In this document: piece by piece, positions 1-10,803 of the stretch
Layout of the letters: each line of letters opens with the position of its first letter
Numbering within the stretch: position 1 is the stretch's first letter
DNA from: a virus
IMG/VR virus record: IMGVR_UViG_3300013119_001061
DNA length: 64,000 nt
Strand: one strand, 5' to 3'
Made by a program: the position numbers and the translations under genes
Notes under the pieces: generated by a model
Told to the model about the DNA's origin: nothing
The model's input: the letters and a program-made list of their open reading frames with translations, nothing else
Database searches by the model: none

Positions 1-366
1 GAGCAAAATGACGCATTACGTGAAAAGCTAGACAAGTATGAAGAGGCAGTAACAGAGCTTAAAGCTCAACTTGCTGAAATGAACTTGTTTAATGCGAAGC
101 TGCTCTACACCAATAAGCTGCTAATGAATAGTGAACTAAACCAAGGCCAGCGTGCCCAGGCGATAGAGACACTCGACGATGCTGCAAGCTTGCGAGAGGT
201 AAAGCTTCTATTTAAGACTCTTACAGAGTCATTTAGTAGACGCGCTGAGGATAAAACTTCCTCTCGCAATATCGGCGGCGCAAGTCGTCCAACCAAGTCT
301 GCATCAATGAACCTTAACGAATCCAAAGAAGCTGGACGTTGGGCATTGCTCGCAGGCATAAAGTAA
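1..366 (+). CDS. Prohead scaffold/core protein, C-terminal part (ORF runs in from upstream of the window)
   Basis: Frame is open from base 1 (EQNDALREKLDKYEEAVTELKAQLAEMNLFNAKLLYTNKL...); coiled coil ending RWALLAGIK directly upstream of the MCP. Confidence 0.7.
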   Translation, partial: EQNDALREKLDKYEEAVTELKAQLAEMNLFNAKLLYTNKLLMNSELNQGQRAQAIETLDDAASLREVKLLFKTLTESFSRRAEDKTSSRNIGGASRPTKSASMNLNESKEAGRWALLAGIK

Positions 367-396
367 AGAAAACTTTAAAACTATAAGGAGACAAAA

Positions 397-2352
397 ATGT
401 CTAAGTTTTCACTAGACGTGCTAGCAGAAGGAATTCGCTCACGTCATATGGGTGAGGAAAATTCCCGATTGGTCGAGAAGTGGTCACGCACAGGACTCCT
501 ACGTGGGCTGGAAGCAACAAAGCGAGAGAACATGGCTCGCTTGCTTGAGAACCAGACTGCAGAGCTACTAAGAGAGCAAAGCTCTGTTGGTACAGGTGGC
601 GGTGCAGGATCAGCTTCAGGTGATCTTCGCGGTTTTTCTAACATCGCATTCCCAATCGTTCGTCGTGTATTCGGTGGACTAGTCGCAAACGAGCTGGTAT
701 CAATCCAGCCAATGAGCCTTCCTTCTGGACTGCTCTTCTATCTTGATTATACCTACGGTTCAAACGTCGGTGGTGACTCTTCACTTTCAACAGGTGATGC
801 AGGATCAACCAATGACGCTCAAACATTTAAGCGTGGACAATCAATTTATAACAACCCAACAGGTAAGGGTGTACGTTCAGGATCTACAGCCGCCGGCGGA
901 CAATATGACTTGGTAGGTGCTTCCTACTCTAAGGTCCACAGTTCTTCAGCAGTTGCTCCTGCACTTGTTCTTTTCTCTGGATCATTCGGATCAAATGCTT
1001 CACTAACTGATGCAACAACTGCAGCACCTGCTCTTTGTCACGCAACAGGTTCAGATGCCAAGCTTCTACAGTTTGACCCGCAGGTTCTTTCAAAGATCGA
1101 GGGTGATGCAGCGGGCATTAACGACGGACGTTTCCAGTTTGTTGTTCTTGATATTACAAACAGCATTTGGGACAAAGCTGACCTTACTAACGTAAAGGAT
1201 ATTTCACTATTCTCTGCTCAGCGCGATGGTCACGGCTCCGGCAAGACCGGTCTCAAGTCATTCGGTGACGAGTGGCAGGGCGGCGGAAACATCCTCAACC
1301 TTCGTCGTTTGAACCAGATTGGTACATTCGATAACTCTAACAACACATGGACATCTAATCCGCTTGTAACAACTTCAACTACTAATGCAGCATTGCTAGT
1401 CGTCGTTTCAGGTGCATATCAAGGTGGTAGCGCAGCCGGCGCAGCAAATAACTTCTTGACAATGTCATGTGCAGTTGGTGACTCTTTAGATGTAGAGAGC
1501 GGTTCTGGTTCAACCCTTACCATTCCTTCATTTGAGTCTGACTTCGGTTCAACTCCTTCCCCAGTCATCCCAGAGATCGACATCAAGGTTGAGTCAATCG
1601 CAGTTACAGCCGCAACACGTAAGCTACGTGCTCGCTGGTCACCAGAGCTCGCACAGGATCTTAACGCTTATCACTCACTCGATGCTGAGGTTGAGCTAAC
1701 ACAGATCCTCTCTGAGCAGGTTGCCCTAGAGATTGACCGTGAGATTCTAAACGACCTCCTTACAGAGGCTCGTGGTGCAAACCTCTACTGGTCACGTGCT
1801 CCAGGTAAGTTCCTCAACAAGGAAACAGGCCTTGAAGTTAAGCTTAGCGATTCACTCGCAGCAGGCCCACGCTTCACAGGTACAGTTCGCGAATGGTATG
1901 AGACTCTCTCTGAGACAATCATCGACGTTGCAAACACCATCCACCGCAAGACACTCCGTGGTTCTGCTAACTTCATCGTAACATCACCTGATGTCTGCAC
2001 AATGCTTGAGGCTTCTGTTCTCTATCGTGCATCAATCAGCCTTGATGGCGACGGTCAGGTTAAGACACCATTTAGTCTTGGCGCTGAGAAGGTCGGTACA
2101 TTGAGCAACCGCTTCACAGTCTACAAGGACCCCTACTTCCCACGCAACAAGATTCTTGTTGGCTATAAGGGCGGCAGCTACCTTGAGACTGGCTACGTAT
2201 ATGCTCCTTACGTACCTCTCATCGTTACTCCTACAATCTTCGCACCAGAGGATTTCACCCCGCGCAAGGGTGTTATGACTCGCTACGGTAAGAAAATGGT
2301 TCGAGCTGACTTCTACGGAACGGTGACGGTTGCAGATCTAAACGTAATCTAA
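397..2352 (+). CDS. gp23: Major capsid protein, T4 gp23-like, with a large internal insertion
   Basis: Motifs FPIVRRVF, VSIQPMSLPSGLLFY, TRKLRARWSPELAQDLNAYHSLDAEVEL, EIDREI, YAPYVPL, FTPRKGVMTRYG; SD AAGGAG. Confidence 0.97.
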   Translation: MSKFSLDVLAEGIRSRHMGEENSRLVEKWSRTGLLRGLEATKRENMARLLENQTAELLREQSSVGTGGGAGSASGDLRGFSNIAFPIVRRVFGGLVANELVSIQPMSLPSGLLFYLDYTYGSNVGGDSSLSTGDAGSTNDAQTFKRGQSIYNNPTGKGVRSGSTAAGGQYDLVGASYSKVHSSSAVAPALVLFSGSFGSNASLTDATTAAPALCHATGSDAKLLQFDPQVLSKIEGDAAGINDGRFQFVVLDITNSIWDKADLTNVKDISLFSAQRDGHGSGKTGLKSFGDEWQGGGNILNLRRLNQIGTFDNSNNTWTSNPLVTTSTTNAALLVVVSGAYQGGSAAGAANNFLTMSCAVGDSLDVESGSGSTLTIPSFESDFGSTPSPVIPEIDIKVESIAVTAATRKLRARWSPELAQDLNAYHSLDAEVELTQILSEQVALEIDREILNDLLTEARGANLYWSRAPGKFLNKETGLEVKLSDSLAAGPRFTGTVREWYETLSETIIDVANTIHRKTLRGSANFIVTSPDVCTMLEASVLYRASISLDGDGQVKTPFSLGAEKVGTLSNRFTVYKDPYFPRNKILVGYKGGSYLETGYVYAPYVPLIVTPTIFAPEDFTPRKGVMTRYGKKMVRADFYGTVTVADLNVI

Positions 2353-2385
2353 GATTATTAAGATCTAAAACGGTTTCAAAACCTT

Positions 2386-2422
2386 GGGAAAGGGACCTCT
2401 TCGGGGTCCCTTTTCTTTTGTT
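2386..2422 (+). terminator. Rho-independent terminator after the MCP
   Basis: Hairpin aagggacctc-TTCG-gggtccctt followed by a T-rich tract. Confidence 0.9.
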
Positions 2423-2462
2423 TGTTCCTATACCACTAGCCCGTTAAAGGGTATAATGATAC

Positions 2463-3875
2463 ATGATATGTCAAATATGTAGTCACGAAGCCGAAGGCAA
2501 AAAGTTTTCCAATCATGTTCGAAAAGAGCATAAGATGAATTCTAGACAATACACAATCAATTATTTCTACAATGGATCTCAACCTCAATGCGAAAATTGC
2601 GGAGAAGAAACCAGATACGTAGCTTATAGATTCAAAAGATTCTGCAAGAACTGTTCAAAAGTTGCCTCGTCAATCGCCGGAAAAGAAGGCGGAAAAGCCC
2701 AGGCGTGGAACAAAGGAAAGACAAAAGAAACAGATAGTAGAATACAAGAACAATCCGTCAAAATGTCTGGCAAAGGTAATCCATTCTTTGGAAAAAGACA
2801 CACAGATGAATCAATAAATAAAATGCGATTCACAAAGATTGTTTCACGGTTTGAGTTTGAGAACAGAATAAAAGATAGAGAAGAAGAATTTGAGCTACTA
2901 ACAAGCTATGATGACTATTTCTCTCGTCAAAGTCAGTATTTAGAATTTAAATGCAAGAAATGCAACGAAGTATCCAAAAAAACATTACAAGCATTTGAAA
3001 GAGGATCACTCTGCCCGGCTTGTAATCCGGTAGGAACCTCGCAAGCTGAAAAAGAAATTGGTAAATTCATAGAATCACTCGGAGAAAATGTAGAATACAA
3101 TGACCGATCTGTTCTTTCACCAAAAGAAATTGACGTATTTGTCCCATCCAAAAATCTTGCCATTGAGCACAACGGTCTATACTTTCACGGAATTCTAAAC
3201 GATGGAATCAAAAATAGAAGATACTATCTAAATAAAAAGCTTGACGCCAAGAAAAAAGGAATAAACTTAATTCATATTTTCAGCGATGAGTGGATTCATA
3301 AAAAAGAAATTTGCAAGTCAATGATTAAAAATCGATTAGGCTTAATTGATCAAAAGATATTTGCAAGAAAATGTGAAATCAGAGAAGTAAAAGTAAAAGA
3401 AGCTAAAGAGTTCTTCGAAAGAAATCACATTTCTGGGTATGTTCCGTCAACAATAAGATTCGGATTATTTTATAGAAGTGAACTGGTTCTCTGTCTGTCA
3501 CTGAGACGCCCTCGACACGGGAAGTATAAAGGTATGACAGAGATCTCCAGATTTGCGTCTAAGATCAATACAAACGTGACAGGTGGGTTAACTAGGCTTC
3601 TTAAGAAAGCATCAATCTGGGCCAAGTCTGAGAACTACACAGGTATTGTAACTTATGCCGACCTAAGATTTGGAAATGGCGACGGATATCTCACCGCCGG
3701 ATTTGAGTTCAAAAAAGATACCGGCCCTGATTATTGGTACACAGACGGAAAAGTTCGATATGACAGGTTCCAGTTTAGGGCAAAAAATGGCAAGTCTGAA
3801 AAAGAAATAGCCAAAGAAAGAAAAGTCTTTAAAATAAATGGTTGTGGAAGTAATATTTTTACTTTGATTCTATAG
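2463..3875 (+). CDS. Free-standing Hef-like homing endonuclease (Zn fingers, NUMOD3, PD-(D/E)xK/Vsr-like domain, GNAT-like C-terminus)
   Basis: CxxC pairs, SGKGNPFFGKRHT, EIDVFVP..LAIEHNGLYFH, IHIFSDEW, C-terminal EISRFA..GG..RLL..VTYAD. Confidence 0.8.
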   Translation: MICQICSHEAEGKKFSNHVRKEHKMNSRQYTINYFYNGSQPQCENCGEETRYVAYRFKRFCKNCSKVASSIAGKEGGKAQAWNKGKTKETDSRIQEQSVKMSGKGNPFFGKRHTDESINKMRFTKIVSRFEFENRIKDREEEFELLTSYDDYFSRQSQYLEFKCKKCNEVSKKTLQAFERGSLCPACNPVGTSQAEKEIGKFIESLGENVEYNDRSVLSPKEIDVFVPSKNLAIEHNGLYFHGILNDGIKNRRYYLNKKLDAKKKGINLIHIFSDEWIHKKEICKSMIKNRLGLIDQKIFARKCEIREVKVKEAKEFFERNHISGYVPSTIRFGLFYRSELVLCLSLRRPRHGKYKGMTEISRFASKINTNVTGGLTRLLKKASIWAKSENYTGIVTYADLRFGNGDGYLTAGFEFKKDTGPDYWYTDGKVRYDRFQFRAKNGKSEKEIAKERKVFKINGCGSNIFTLIL

Positions 3876-3956
3876 TTAGTGATAGGCCCGGTGCATAGCA
3901 TATAGGTGACCCTGCCACCGCATCGGAATCATGCAGACAAAAAAAGGAGAATAATT

Positions 3957-4343
3957 ATGCCAAAGGTAACATATACGGCCGCCAAAGGTCTCGTTCAAGA
4001 ATCCGGATCTGGATTCGCAAATGGCTTTTATGTAAAGCCCGGTTCAACAACAAAAGCCGCAGCAACGCTACCTGTCCCACTAACTCATGCGGTTTGTGCA
4101 ATGACAACAAGCGGCGCCGAAGCCCTTACTCTTGCAAACGGAACACCCGGGCAGGTAATTCATATTCATCTTGCATCAGACGGCGGAGACGGAACACTCA
4201 CACCGACCACTGCGTCTGGCTGGGCAACTATTGTTTTTGCCGATGCAGGCGATAGAGCAACATTGCAATTCGTTGACGGCTCCATTGGCTGGATAATCCT
4301 AGGCCTATCAGGAGTAGCAGGTCCTCCCGTAACAACAGTATAA
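3957..4343 (+). CDS. Probable head decoration or fibre protein
   Basis: ATG 3957 follows AAGGAG (preferred over GTG 3906); small Ala/Gly/Thr-rich beta protein with its own terminator; TLANGT-GQV domain shared with 44674..46092. Confidence 0.55.
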   Translation: MPKVTYTAAKGLVQESGSGFANGFYVKPGSTTKAAATLPVPLTHAVCAMTTSGAEALTLANGTPGQVIHIHLASDGGDGTLTPTTASGWATIVFADAGDRATLQFVDGSIGWIILGLSGVAGPPVTTV

Positions 4344-4373
4344 TTCAAATAAGCTTATTTAGTTTTATTGCAG

Positions 4374-4403
4374 AAGAGGTGCCTCAATCGGGGCACCTTT
4401 TTT
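4374..4403 (+). terminator. Rho-independent terminator
   Basis: aggtgcctc-aatc-ggggcacct followed by a T-tract. Confidence 0.85.
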
Positions 4404-4472
4404 GTATTCATTTCTTTCTTATGGGACTCAACTTCTACTTCTTTATATTTACTATTGTAGAGTTTCTGGAGA

Positions 4473-5651
4473 GTGTCTGTGACAACATTTGCTAATACAA
4501 CTAATCCCACGCCTTTTGGTGCGTTTGATACCGATACAGACTTTCAATCTGACGCTGATAAGCTAGTTACTTTTGTCAAGAGAAAGCTCGGCGACGATAT
4601 CCTGTCAGTTGAATTAACAAAAAAACAAATTTTTGCATGCTTTGAAGAGTCGTTTTTTCAATATGGACAAATTGTAAATGAATACCAAGCTAGATCACAA
4701 TTATCAACATTTTTGGGAACTGCCACCGGAAGCATGTCAGGATCTGAGCAAAAGTTTCCAAGAGAGACATTACAGTTTTTAGAAAGACAAGCAGAACCCT
4801 ATTCTTTTGAAGCGGGCATTGGAGGCTCTTATAACACAACCTCCGGATCAATACAGCTTGTTAGCGGTCAACAAGACTATAATATCTACAAAGAGCTTAA
4901 AGATGAAAGCGGAAATTTACTTTATTCTTCATCGCTAAATACACAAACATCTAAAATGAAATTACAGGAAGTATTTCACTTTAATCCGCAGGCTGCATAC
5001 AGGTTCTTTGACACAACGTCAGCAATCAACTATCTCAATAATGAGTTTAGTTTTGAATCATTTACACCCGAGACAATGTTTTATGTGCTCCCAGTATTTG
5101 AGGATATCCTCCGCGCCGGCCAGATGGATATCTCCCATCGTGTTAGAAGATCTAACTATTCATATAAGATAATGGGGCAGAATATAAGGGTGTTTCCAAC
5201 GCCTACGGGAAATCAATCTAATAAAAAGCTCTGGATAAGAGTTGCATTTGCTCCAGATCCGCTCAATCCATCATATGGAGACAATACAATTTACGGCGTT
5301 TCTAATCTTTCTAATATCCCGTTTGGCGACTTGACATATGCAAACGTCAACAGCATGGGAAGACAATGGGTAAGACAGTATACATTATCACTAAGCAAAG
5401 AGCTGCTTGGTCTAGTAAGGTCTAAATTTAAAACTATTCCTATACCCAATACAGATATATCGCTAGACGGTGACAACTTAGTATCACAAGGAAGAGAAGA
5501 CAAGAAAGAGCTTGTAGCCCAACTTAAGGAAATGTTAGACTCTATGACATACGATAAGATCATAGAAGTAAATGCGACAAAATCTGAAAATATTCAAAAG
5601 CACTTAAAGACCATACCCGTTCCTAACGGTCGTGCAATTACAATGGGATAG
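4473..5651 (+). CDS. Neck / head-tail adaptor protein (gp13-like)
   Basis: KRKLGDDILSVEL; WVRQYTLSLSKELLGLVRSKF; position after the capsid genes. Confidence 0.8.
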   Translation: MSVTTFANTTNPTPFGAFDTDTDFQSDADKLVTFVKRKLGDDILSVELTKKQIFACFEESFFQYGQIVNEYQARSQLSTFLGTATGSMSGSEQKFPRETLQFLERQAEPYSFEAGIGGSYNTTSGSIQLVSGQQDYNIYKELKDESGNLLYSSSLNTQTSKMKLQEVFHFNPQAAYRFFDTTSAINYLNNEFSFESFTPETMFYVLPVFEDILRAGQMDISHRVRRSNYSYKIMGQNIRVFPTPTGNQSNKKLWIRVAFAPDPLNPSYGDNTIYGVSNLSNIPFGDLTYANVNSMGRQWVRQYTLSLSKELLGLVRSKFKTIPIPNTDISLDGDNLVSQGREDKKELVAQLKEMLDSMTYDKIIEVNATKSENIQKHLKTIPVPNGRAITMG

Positions 5652-5661
5652 GAGAAAATAA

Positions 5662-6324
5662 ATGGCGAGACTTTTTGTAACTCCTAGAGAAATCAATTTA
5701 ATTAATGACCTCACTAAAGAAATAATAAAAGATGTCGTAGGGCAGAAAATTTATTATTACTCAATCTCAGAGGCAAAAACAAAAATTAATGAGCTTTATG
5801 ATGAGTCACCTGAGAAGTTCTTTGAATCTCCCGTTGAAATTGAGTGCTTAGTTGACTATCAAGAGCCCACATTTACCACAAATAAATACGGAATTGAGAA
5901 AACACAAAATATCGAAGTCTTTATTCAATCAAAAGATCTCTCAGATAAACAAATAGAAGTAGACGCAGGTGACTTTTTTACCTACGGATCTGTTATTTTT
6001 GAAATAACATCTGTGACAGTAACAAAAAATATCTTTGGTCAGATTGAGCACAACGACGGAATTAAACTAATTGGTAAACAAAGCCGTAAACAGGTTTTCT
6101 TTACCAAAGTTTTGGGTCCAACAGATTCACAATACTCAGATCCTGATGCAGTACAAGATACATTTGTCCAGCAAAGAGGATTTAAGACAAATCAGCTTGG
6201 TGAAACGGGTGATGTCAGAGAGTTACAAAAAAATGGTGTTCTTGATAAGCCGATATCTAAACCTAAGGAAGTTTCTAAAAAAGGTGAGCCTGGAAAAAGC
6301 GGTTCTTCTTTTTATGATGAATAA
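5662..6324 (+). CDS. Neck / head closure protein (gp14-like)
   Basis: E.I..VVGQKIYYY, ELYDES, GDFFTYG..FEI; synteny. Confidence 0.7.
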   Translation: MARLFVTPREINLINDLTKEIIKDVVGQKIYYYSISEAKTKINELYDESPEKFFESPVEIECLVDYQEPTFTTNKYGIEKTQNIEVFIQSKDLSDKQIEVDAGDFFTYGSVIFEITSVTVTKNIFGQIEHNDGIKLIGKQSRKQVFFTKVLGPTDSQYSDPDAVQDTFVQQRGFKTNQLGETGDVRELQKNGVLDKPISKPKEVSKKGEPGKSGSSFYDE

Positions 6325-6329
6325 ATAAA

Positions 6330-7541
6330 ATGACAACTCGACAATCTATCAATGATCCATCAAAAAATCCAACTTCTAAGCAAGAACGATTACCCTCTGG
6401 TCTAGAAGGACAAAATATTCCTGATGACTTCTATCTTCCTCCATGCGGGCTGGAGGATATCGATAAAGCATTGTTTGATTTGTTTGACAAAGAAATACAG
6501 TTTTCAATTTCTCAAAAAAGTGAATCTCGGAAGGTGCCTGTTGTATTTGCTACGGGAGAAAGATTTGCGCTAATTAAAAGAAAGAAACCATTAAAAGATG
6601 AAAACGGCGCACTTATTTTACCTTTGATTTCAATAAGGCGAACATCAATTGAGCAATCTTCTTCTGTAGAAAAATTAGCTGACGTTGGAGATCTTGTTAT
6701 AAAAAGAAGATTAAGTGCCAGAGATCCAGTTTATCAAAATTTAATTAATCGTCAAGATTTAAGGCACCAAGAAAATGTAAGATCATCTGATAATAATGCA
6801 ACAAGCGCAGATCCAATATCATCAAAGCCAGGAACAGTCAACTCTAGAAGACTTCCAGTACAAACGGCGTCCGGCGGCCCAGTAATTTCTAACAATGCAG
6901 GATCTCATCATATTTATGAAGTAATTACAATTCCTTTCCCACATTTTATCGATGTATCATATGAAATTACATTCTGGACATCATATACGTCGCATATGAA
7001 TCAAATGATTGAAAAGTTTGTAGGTTCGTATACAGGAACAAGAAATCAATTCAAAATTGAATCAGAAAAAGGGTATTGGTTTGTTGCCTACCCAGATGTT
7101 TCAGTTTCAAATCAAGATAATTTTGACGACTTTACTAATGATGAAAGAATCATAAGATATACCTTCAATATGAAAGTTCCCGGGTATATTGTTGCTTCTC
7201 AAAATCCAGGTAATATGAGCCCGTTTAGAAAATTTGTTTCTGCACCTGATATTCATTTTGATATGTTTACGTCCAATGCACCAATAGTTAATCATCCAAG
7301 AGGGCTTCCAGATCCCACAGGAGATCTAAATAAGTTTGTTCTTAGTGACGTAAATGAATTAAACGAGGCGGGAAACGTAGTTGAAAATGATCGATATGTA
7401 TATCTGAAAGCACAAACAAAAGTTAGAAATCCTTTTACTAAAGAGGATAAAATAGAATACTTAAAAGTACTAACTCGCAATCAACGTCAGGGTGAAACTG
7501 TAGTAAGTTCACGTATCATCACAAAGATCGATGAGCTTTAA
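6330..7541 (+). CDS. Tail terminator / sheath stabiliser (gp15-like)
   Basis: KVPVVFATGER, LPLISI.R, YEITFWT...MNQMIE; precedes the sheath genes. Confidence 0.7.
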   Translation: MTTRQSINDPSKNPTSKQERLPSGLEGQNIPDDFYLPPCGLEDIDKALFDLFDKEIQFSISQKSESRKVPVVFATGERFALIKRKKPLKDENGALILPLISIRRTSIEQSSSVEKLADVGDLVIKRRLSARDPVYQNLINRQDLRHQENVRSSDNNATSADPISSKPGTVNSRRLPVQTASGGPVISNNAGSHHIYEVITIPFPHFIDVSYEITFWTSYTSHMNQMIEKFVGSYTGTRNQFKIESEKGYWFVAYPDVSVSNQDNFDDFTNDERIIRYTFNMKVPGYIVASQNPGNMSPFRKFVSAPDIHFDMFTSNAPIVNHPRGLPDPTGDLNKFVLSDVNELNEAGNVVENDRYVYLKAQTKVRNPFTKEDKIEYLKVLTRNQRQGETVVSSRIITKIDEL

Positions 7542-7564
7542 TTAGACATTTGGGCTATTTTTGC

Positions 7565-7571
7565 ATATTTA
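7565..7571 (+). promoter_or_regulatory. Putative late-promoter motif ATATTTA (also at 4445, 10807, 13970, 15621, 26307, 42969, 47075, 56971, 59762)
   Basis: The same heptamer occurs just upstream of ten gene starts, mostly structural genes. Confidence 0.7.
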
Positions 7572-7608
7572 TAAGTGACGTTAGTGAGTCCAGTAGGAGA
7601 CTAATCAT

Positions 7609-10600
7609 ATGGCTGAGCAAACTTTTAGATCCCCCGGGTTTTTTGAACAAGAAGTTGACTTAACACAACGAGTTCAATCTCCCTTGGGAACACCCGCAGG
7701 TATTATAGGCACTTCTGATAAAGGCCCAGCCTTTGTACCGGTATCTGTAGGGTCCTTCGCAGATTTTAAAACTAAATTTGGAGATCTTAATTCTAAGAAA
7801 TTTGGTCCTTATGCGGTAAATGAATTTTTAAAACACAGAGATGCAGTAACCTATGTAAGAGTTTTGGGTGCAGGAGCAAATGAAACAACTACAGATTTTA
7901 ATACAACTTCAACACAGGGTTCTGTTAAAAATGCAGGTTTTAAAATAACGCCCGTAACTTCAAATGCACAACATTCAGTAGGGGCTGTCCATTTTCTCGC
8001 TGCAAAACATTATGTTTCTGCATCAGAAGCTTATGGATATCCGGTCTTTACTCATAATGATTCATTTGGTGGAACAAAATTTGTTAATCTAGTTCGAGGC
8101 ATTATTTTTACAACAAATGATACTCGAGTTGGCGTTTTAAGTGCATCACTTTATGCATCTGCATTTAATGCAGGTGATCGATTAGCACTTGAGGGTGGAG
8201 ACAATATTGCTACACCGTATTCTGCAAGTAATGCTTCGGGAATGGGCGAAAAATTCAAGCTAATTATTTCCTCATCAGATACAGGTTTCGGAGGAGAAGC
8301 TCCTGATGCTGCTAATGGAATTCGTGTTTTAACCGCGTCTCTAAACCCAAGAGACAAAGATTACATTAGAAATATTCTTAACACGAATCCTGATAAGTTT
8401 TCACAAGAAAAACACTTGCTTTATGCAGCATTTGATGTTGAGCCAGAAATTGCTGCAATGGCAATCGCAGACAAGTCTGTTGTAATGATGTCAGGATCAT
8501 CGATTACTTCTCCAAATAATAATGGTGGAGAAAACTTCCTTACATCATTTGGTCGATTTGATACAAGATATACAACTCCAAGAACAACCAGCTTTATTTC
8601 ACAACCTTTTGGTCGAACAGAATATGATTTATTCTATTTTGAAACGCTAAGTGACGGCGCATATGGAACTGGAAAATACAAGATTTCTATAGCTAATGTC
8701 CGCGGATCTACAGATGAAAACAACCCGTACGGAACGTTTACAGTTCAAGTAAGAAGTTACGATGATAACGACAAGTCAAGAGAAGTTCTCGAAGAATTCC
8801 CAAATTGTGACTTAAATCCTAGCTCTGAAAACTTTATCGGAAGAATGATCGGCGATAAAAAAGTTACATTTAACTTTGACGCTGAACAAGAATCAGAAAG
8901 AAAAGTTATTGTTTCCGGAAAATATGCCAACAAATCCAACATTATAAGAGTTGTTCTTTTAGATGATTTGGTAAGCAAAAGCGCCCCAAAAGAATCTCTT
9001 CCATTTGGATTTAGAGGAATACCTACACTTAAAACTAGTAATAACTTAGCAGATTCACTTCCTGGAACATCTACATCGACTGCACTTAAATCAACACGAT
9101 CTAGGCTTGGAATTCATGCAGCACGCACGCTTCCATCTAGTTCACAAGGTGGAAACTTAACGGGATCAATTGTTCCGCCTGTCCCACTTAGATTTAAAGT
9201 AACAAATGGTGCAGTAAAATCAGGAACTGCTCCCTTTGTTGGATTCCCAGGAGATCAAGAAACAGTTGATAATCGATTCTACTGGGGCGTTAAGACGACA
9301 ATGATACCAGGTGATAGCTCAATTCAAGATTCCGGAATTTCAAATGCTGCATTAAAATCAAATGCTTCATCTGAGGTCAACAAGGGGTTGATTGATCAAA
9401 CTAAGTTTTTGGGCATTCAAAAAATGGATGTTCTTGCAACTGGTTCGCAAATAATACCTGCAAAGGCTGGCGACTTCAAGACATTCAATAACAATAAGTT
9501 TACTTTAGCAAGGGTTGCATTATCACGCCGAGCTGGCGGAACTGCCACAGGAACCTATAATGATACAGAGATTACAGGCGCAATTGGCCCGTTTATGAGA
9601 GAGGCAGTCTATATAAGAGACGGACTAGTAAATCCGTCATCTTATACAATAAATGATAGCCAAACTGAGGGCGCAAATAGAATTACCTTTGCAACGATGC
9701 TAAATCAAACTTCTTCGCTTACATTTAATAAGTTTACAGAGTATACAAAGTTTACAAACATATTTTATGGCGGATATGACGGTTTTAATATTTTAGATAA
9801 AAATGCTGCAAGAATGAATGACAAGTCTACATCTCTAGATACGTCTGGCGGAGCTAATATATCGTTTACATCACCGGGTATGTCATCTAATATGGCAGGA
9901 ACAGGTAAAGATAATAATGCAGTAAGATCATATCGTGCAGCAATTGATATCATGACAGATCCGTATGCAGTCAATACAAACATCTTAGCAATTCCAGGAA
10001 TTAGAGAGACATTTGTTACTGACCACGCGTTGGATAAAAACAAAGATTATGGAAAATCTATCTATCTAATGGATATGCCAGAGTACGATGGAGATGGAAA
10101 CAGGCTCTATGATGACTCTACTGGAAAACCAAGCGTCACAAAAACAATTTCAGAGTTTGAAAGAAGAACACTTGATAATAATGCCGCGGCCGCCTACTTT
10201 CCAAACGTAGTTATTAGCGATGATAAAACAGGAGCAAATATCGAGGTGCCAGCCTCAGTTGCAGCTATAGCAGCGCTAGCCTATAATGATAAAATAGCTT
10301 ATCCTTGGTTTGCTCCAGCTGGATTCAATAGAGGCGCTTTAGACTTTGTTCAAAATGTAGGGGTAAGACTAACAGCGGGCGACAGAGATTCGCTATATAG
10401 CGCAAGAATTAATCCAATTGCAACATTCCCACAGCAAGGGTATGTAATATTCGGACAAAAAACACTACAACAAGCCAAGTCGGCCCTTGATAGAGTCAAC
10501 GTAAGAAGAATGCTCCTTGAGGTTAAGAGAATTGTTTCGCAAGTAGCTAATGGATTCGTATTTGAACAAAATACGCCCGCGCTACGATCAAAATTTGTTG

Positions 10601-10803
10601 CTCAAGTTACACCTTTGCTGGCCGTTGTCCAAGCGCAAAGTGGAATTGAACAATTTAAGGTTGTCATGGACGACTCTAATAATAGCCAAGAGGATATCGA
10701 GGCTAACAAGCTAAATGGTCGAATTGTAATTGTTCCGACTAGAAGCATTGAATTCATATCAATTGATTTCATTGTCACAAATGCGGGCGTAAGCTTTGCA
10801 TAA
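7609..10803 (+). CDS. gp18: Tail sheath protein 1
   Basis: SPGFFEQEVD N-terminus, KGPAFVP, PWFAPAGFNRG, INPI, FGQKTL, LDRVNVRR, FEQN, PTRSIEFI. Confidence 0.95.
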   Translation: MAEQTFRSPGFFEQEVDLTQRVQSPLGTPAGIIGTSDKGPAFVPVSVGSFADFKTKFGDLNSKKFGPYAVNEFLKHRDAVTYVRVLGAGANETTTDFNTTSTQGSVKNAGFKITPVTSNAQHSVGAVHFLAAKHYVSASEAYGYPVFTHNDSFGGTKFVNLVRGIIFTTNDTRVGVLSASLYASAFNAGDRLALEGGDNIATPYSASNASGMGEKFKLIISSSDTGFGGEAPDAANGIRVLTASLNPRDKDYIRNILNTNPDKFSQEKHLLYAAFDVEPEIAAMAIADKSVVMMSGSSITSPNNNGGENFLTSFGRFDTRYTTPRTTSFISQPFGRTEYDLFYFETLSDGAYGTGKYKISIANVRGSTDENNPYGTFTVQVRSYDDNDKSREVLEEFPNCDLNPSSENFIGRMIGDKKVTFNFDAEQESERKVIVSGKYANKSNIIRVVLLDDLVSKSAPKESLPFGFRGIPTLKTSNNLADSLPGTSTSTALKSTRSRLGIHAARTLPSSSQGGNLTGSIVPPVPLRFKVTNGAVKSGTAPFVGFPGDQETVDNRFYWGVKTTMIPGDSSIQDSGISNAALKSNASSEVNKGLIDQTKFLGIQKMDVLATGSQIIPAKAGDFKTFNNNKFTLARVALSRRAGGTATGTYNDTEITGAIGPFMREAVYIRDGLVNPSSYTINDSQTEGANRITFATMLNQTSSLTFNKFTEYTKFTNIFYGGYDGFNILDKNAARMNDKSTSLDTSGGANISFTSPGMSSNMAGTGKDNNAVRSYRAAIDIMTDPYAVNTNILAIPGIRETFVTDHALDKNKDYGKSIYLMDMPEYDGDGNRLYDDSTGKPSVTKTISEFERRTLDNNAAAAYFPNVVISDDKTGANIEVPASVAAIAALAYNDKIAYPWFAPAGFNRGALDFVQNVGVRLTAGDRDSLYSARINPIATFPQQGYVIFGQKTLQQAKSALDRVNVRRMLLEVKRIVSQVANGFVFEQNTPALRSKFVAQVTPLLAVVQAQSGIEQFKVVMDDSNNSQEDIEANKLNGRIVIVPTRSIEFISIDFIVTNAGVSFA

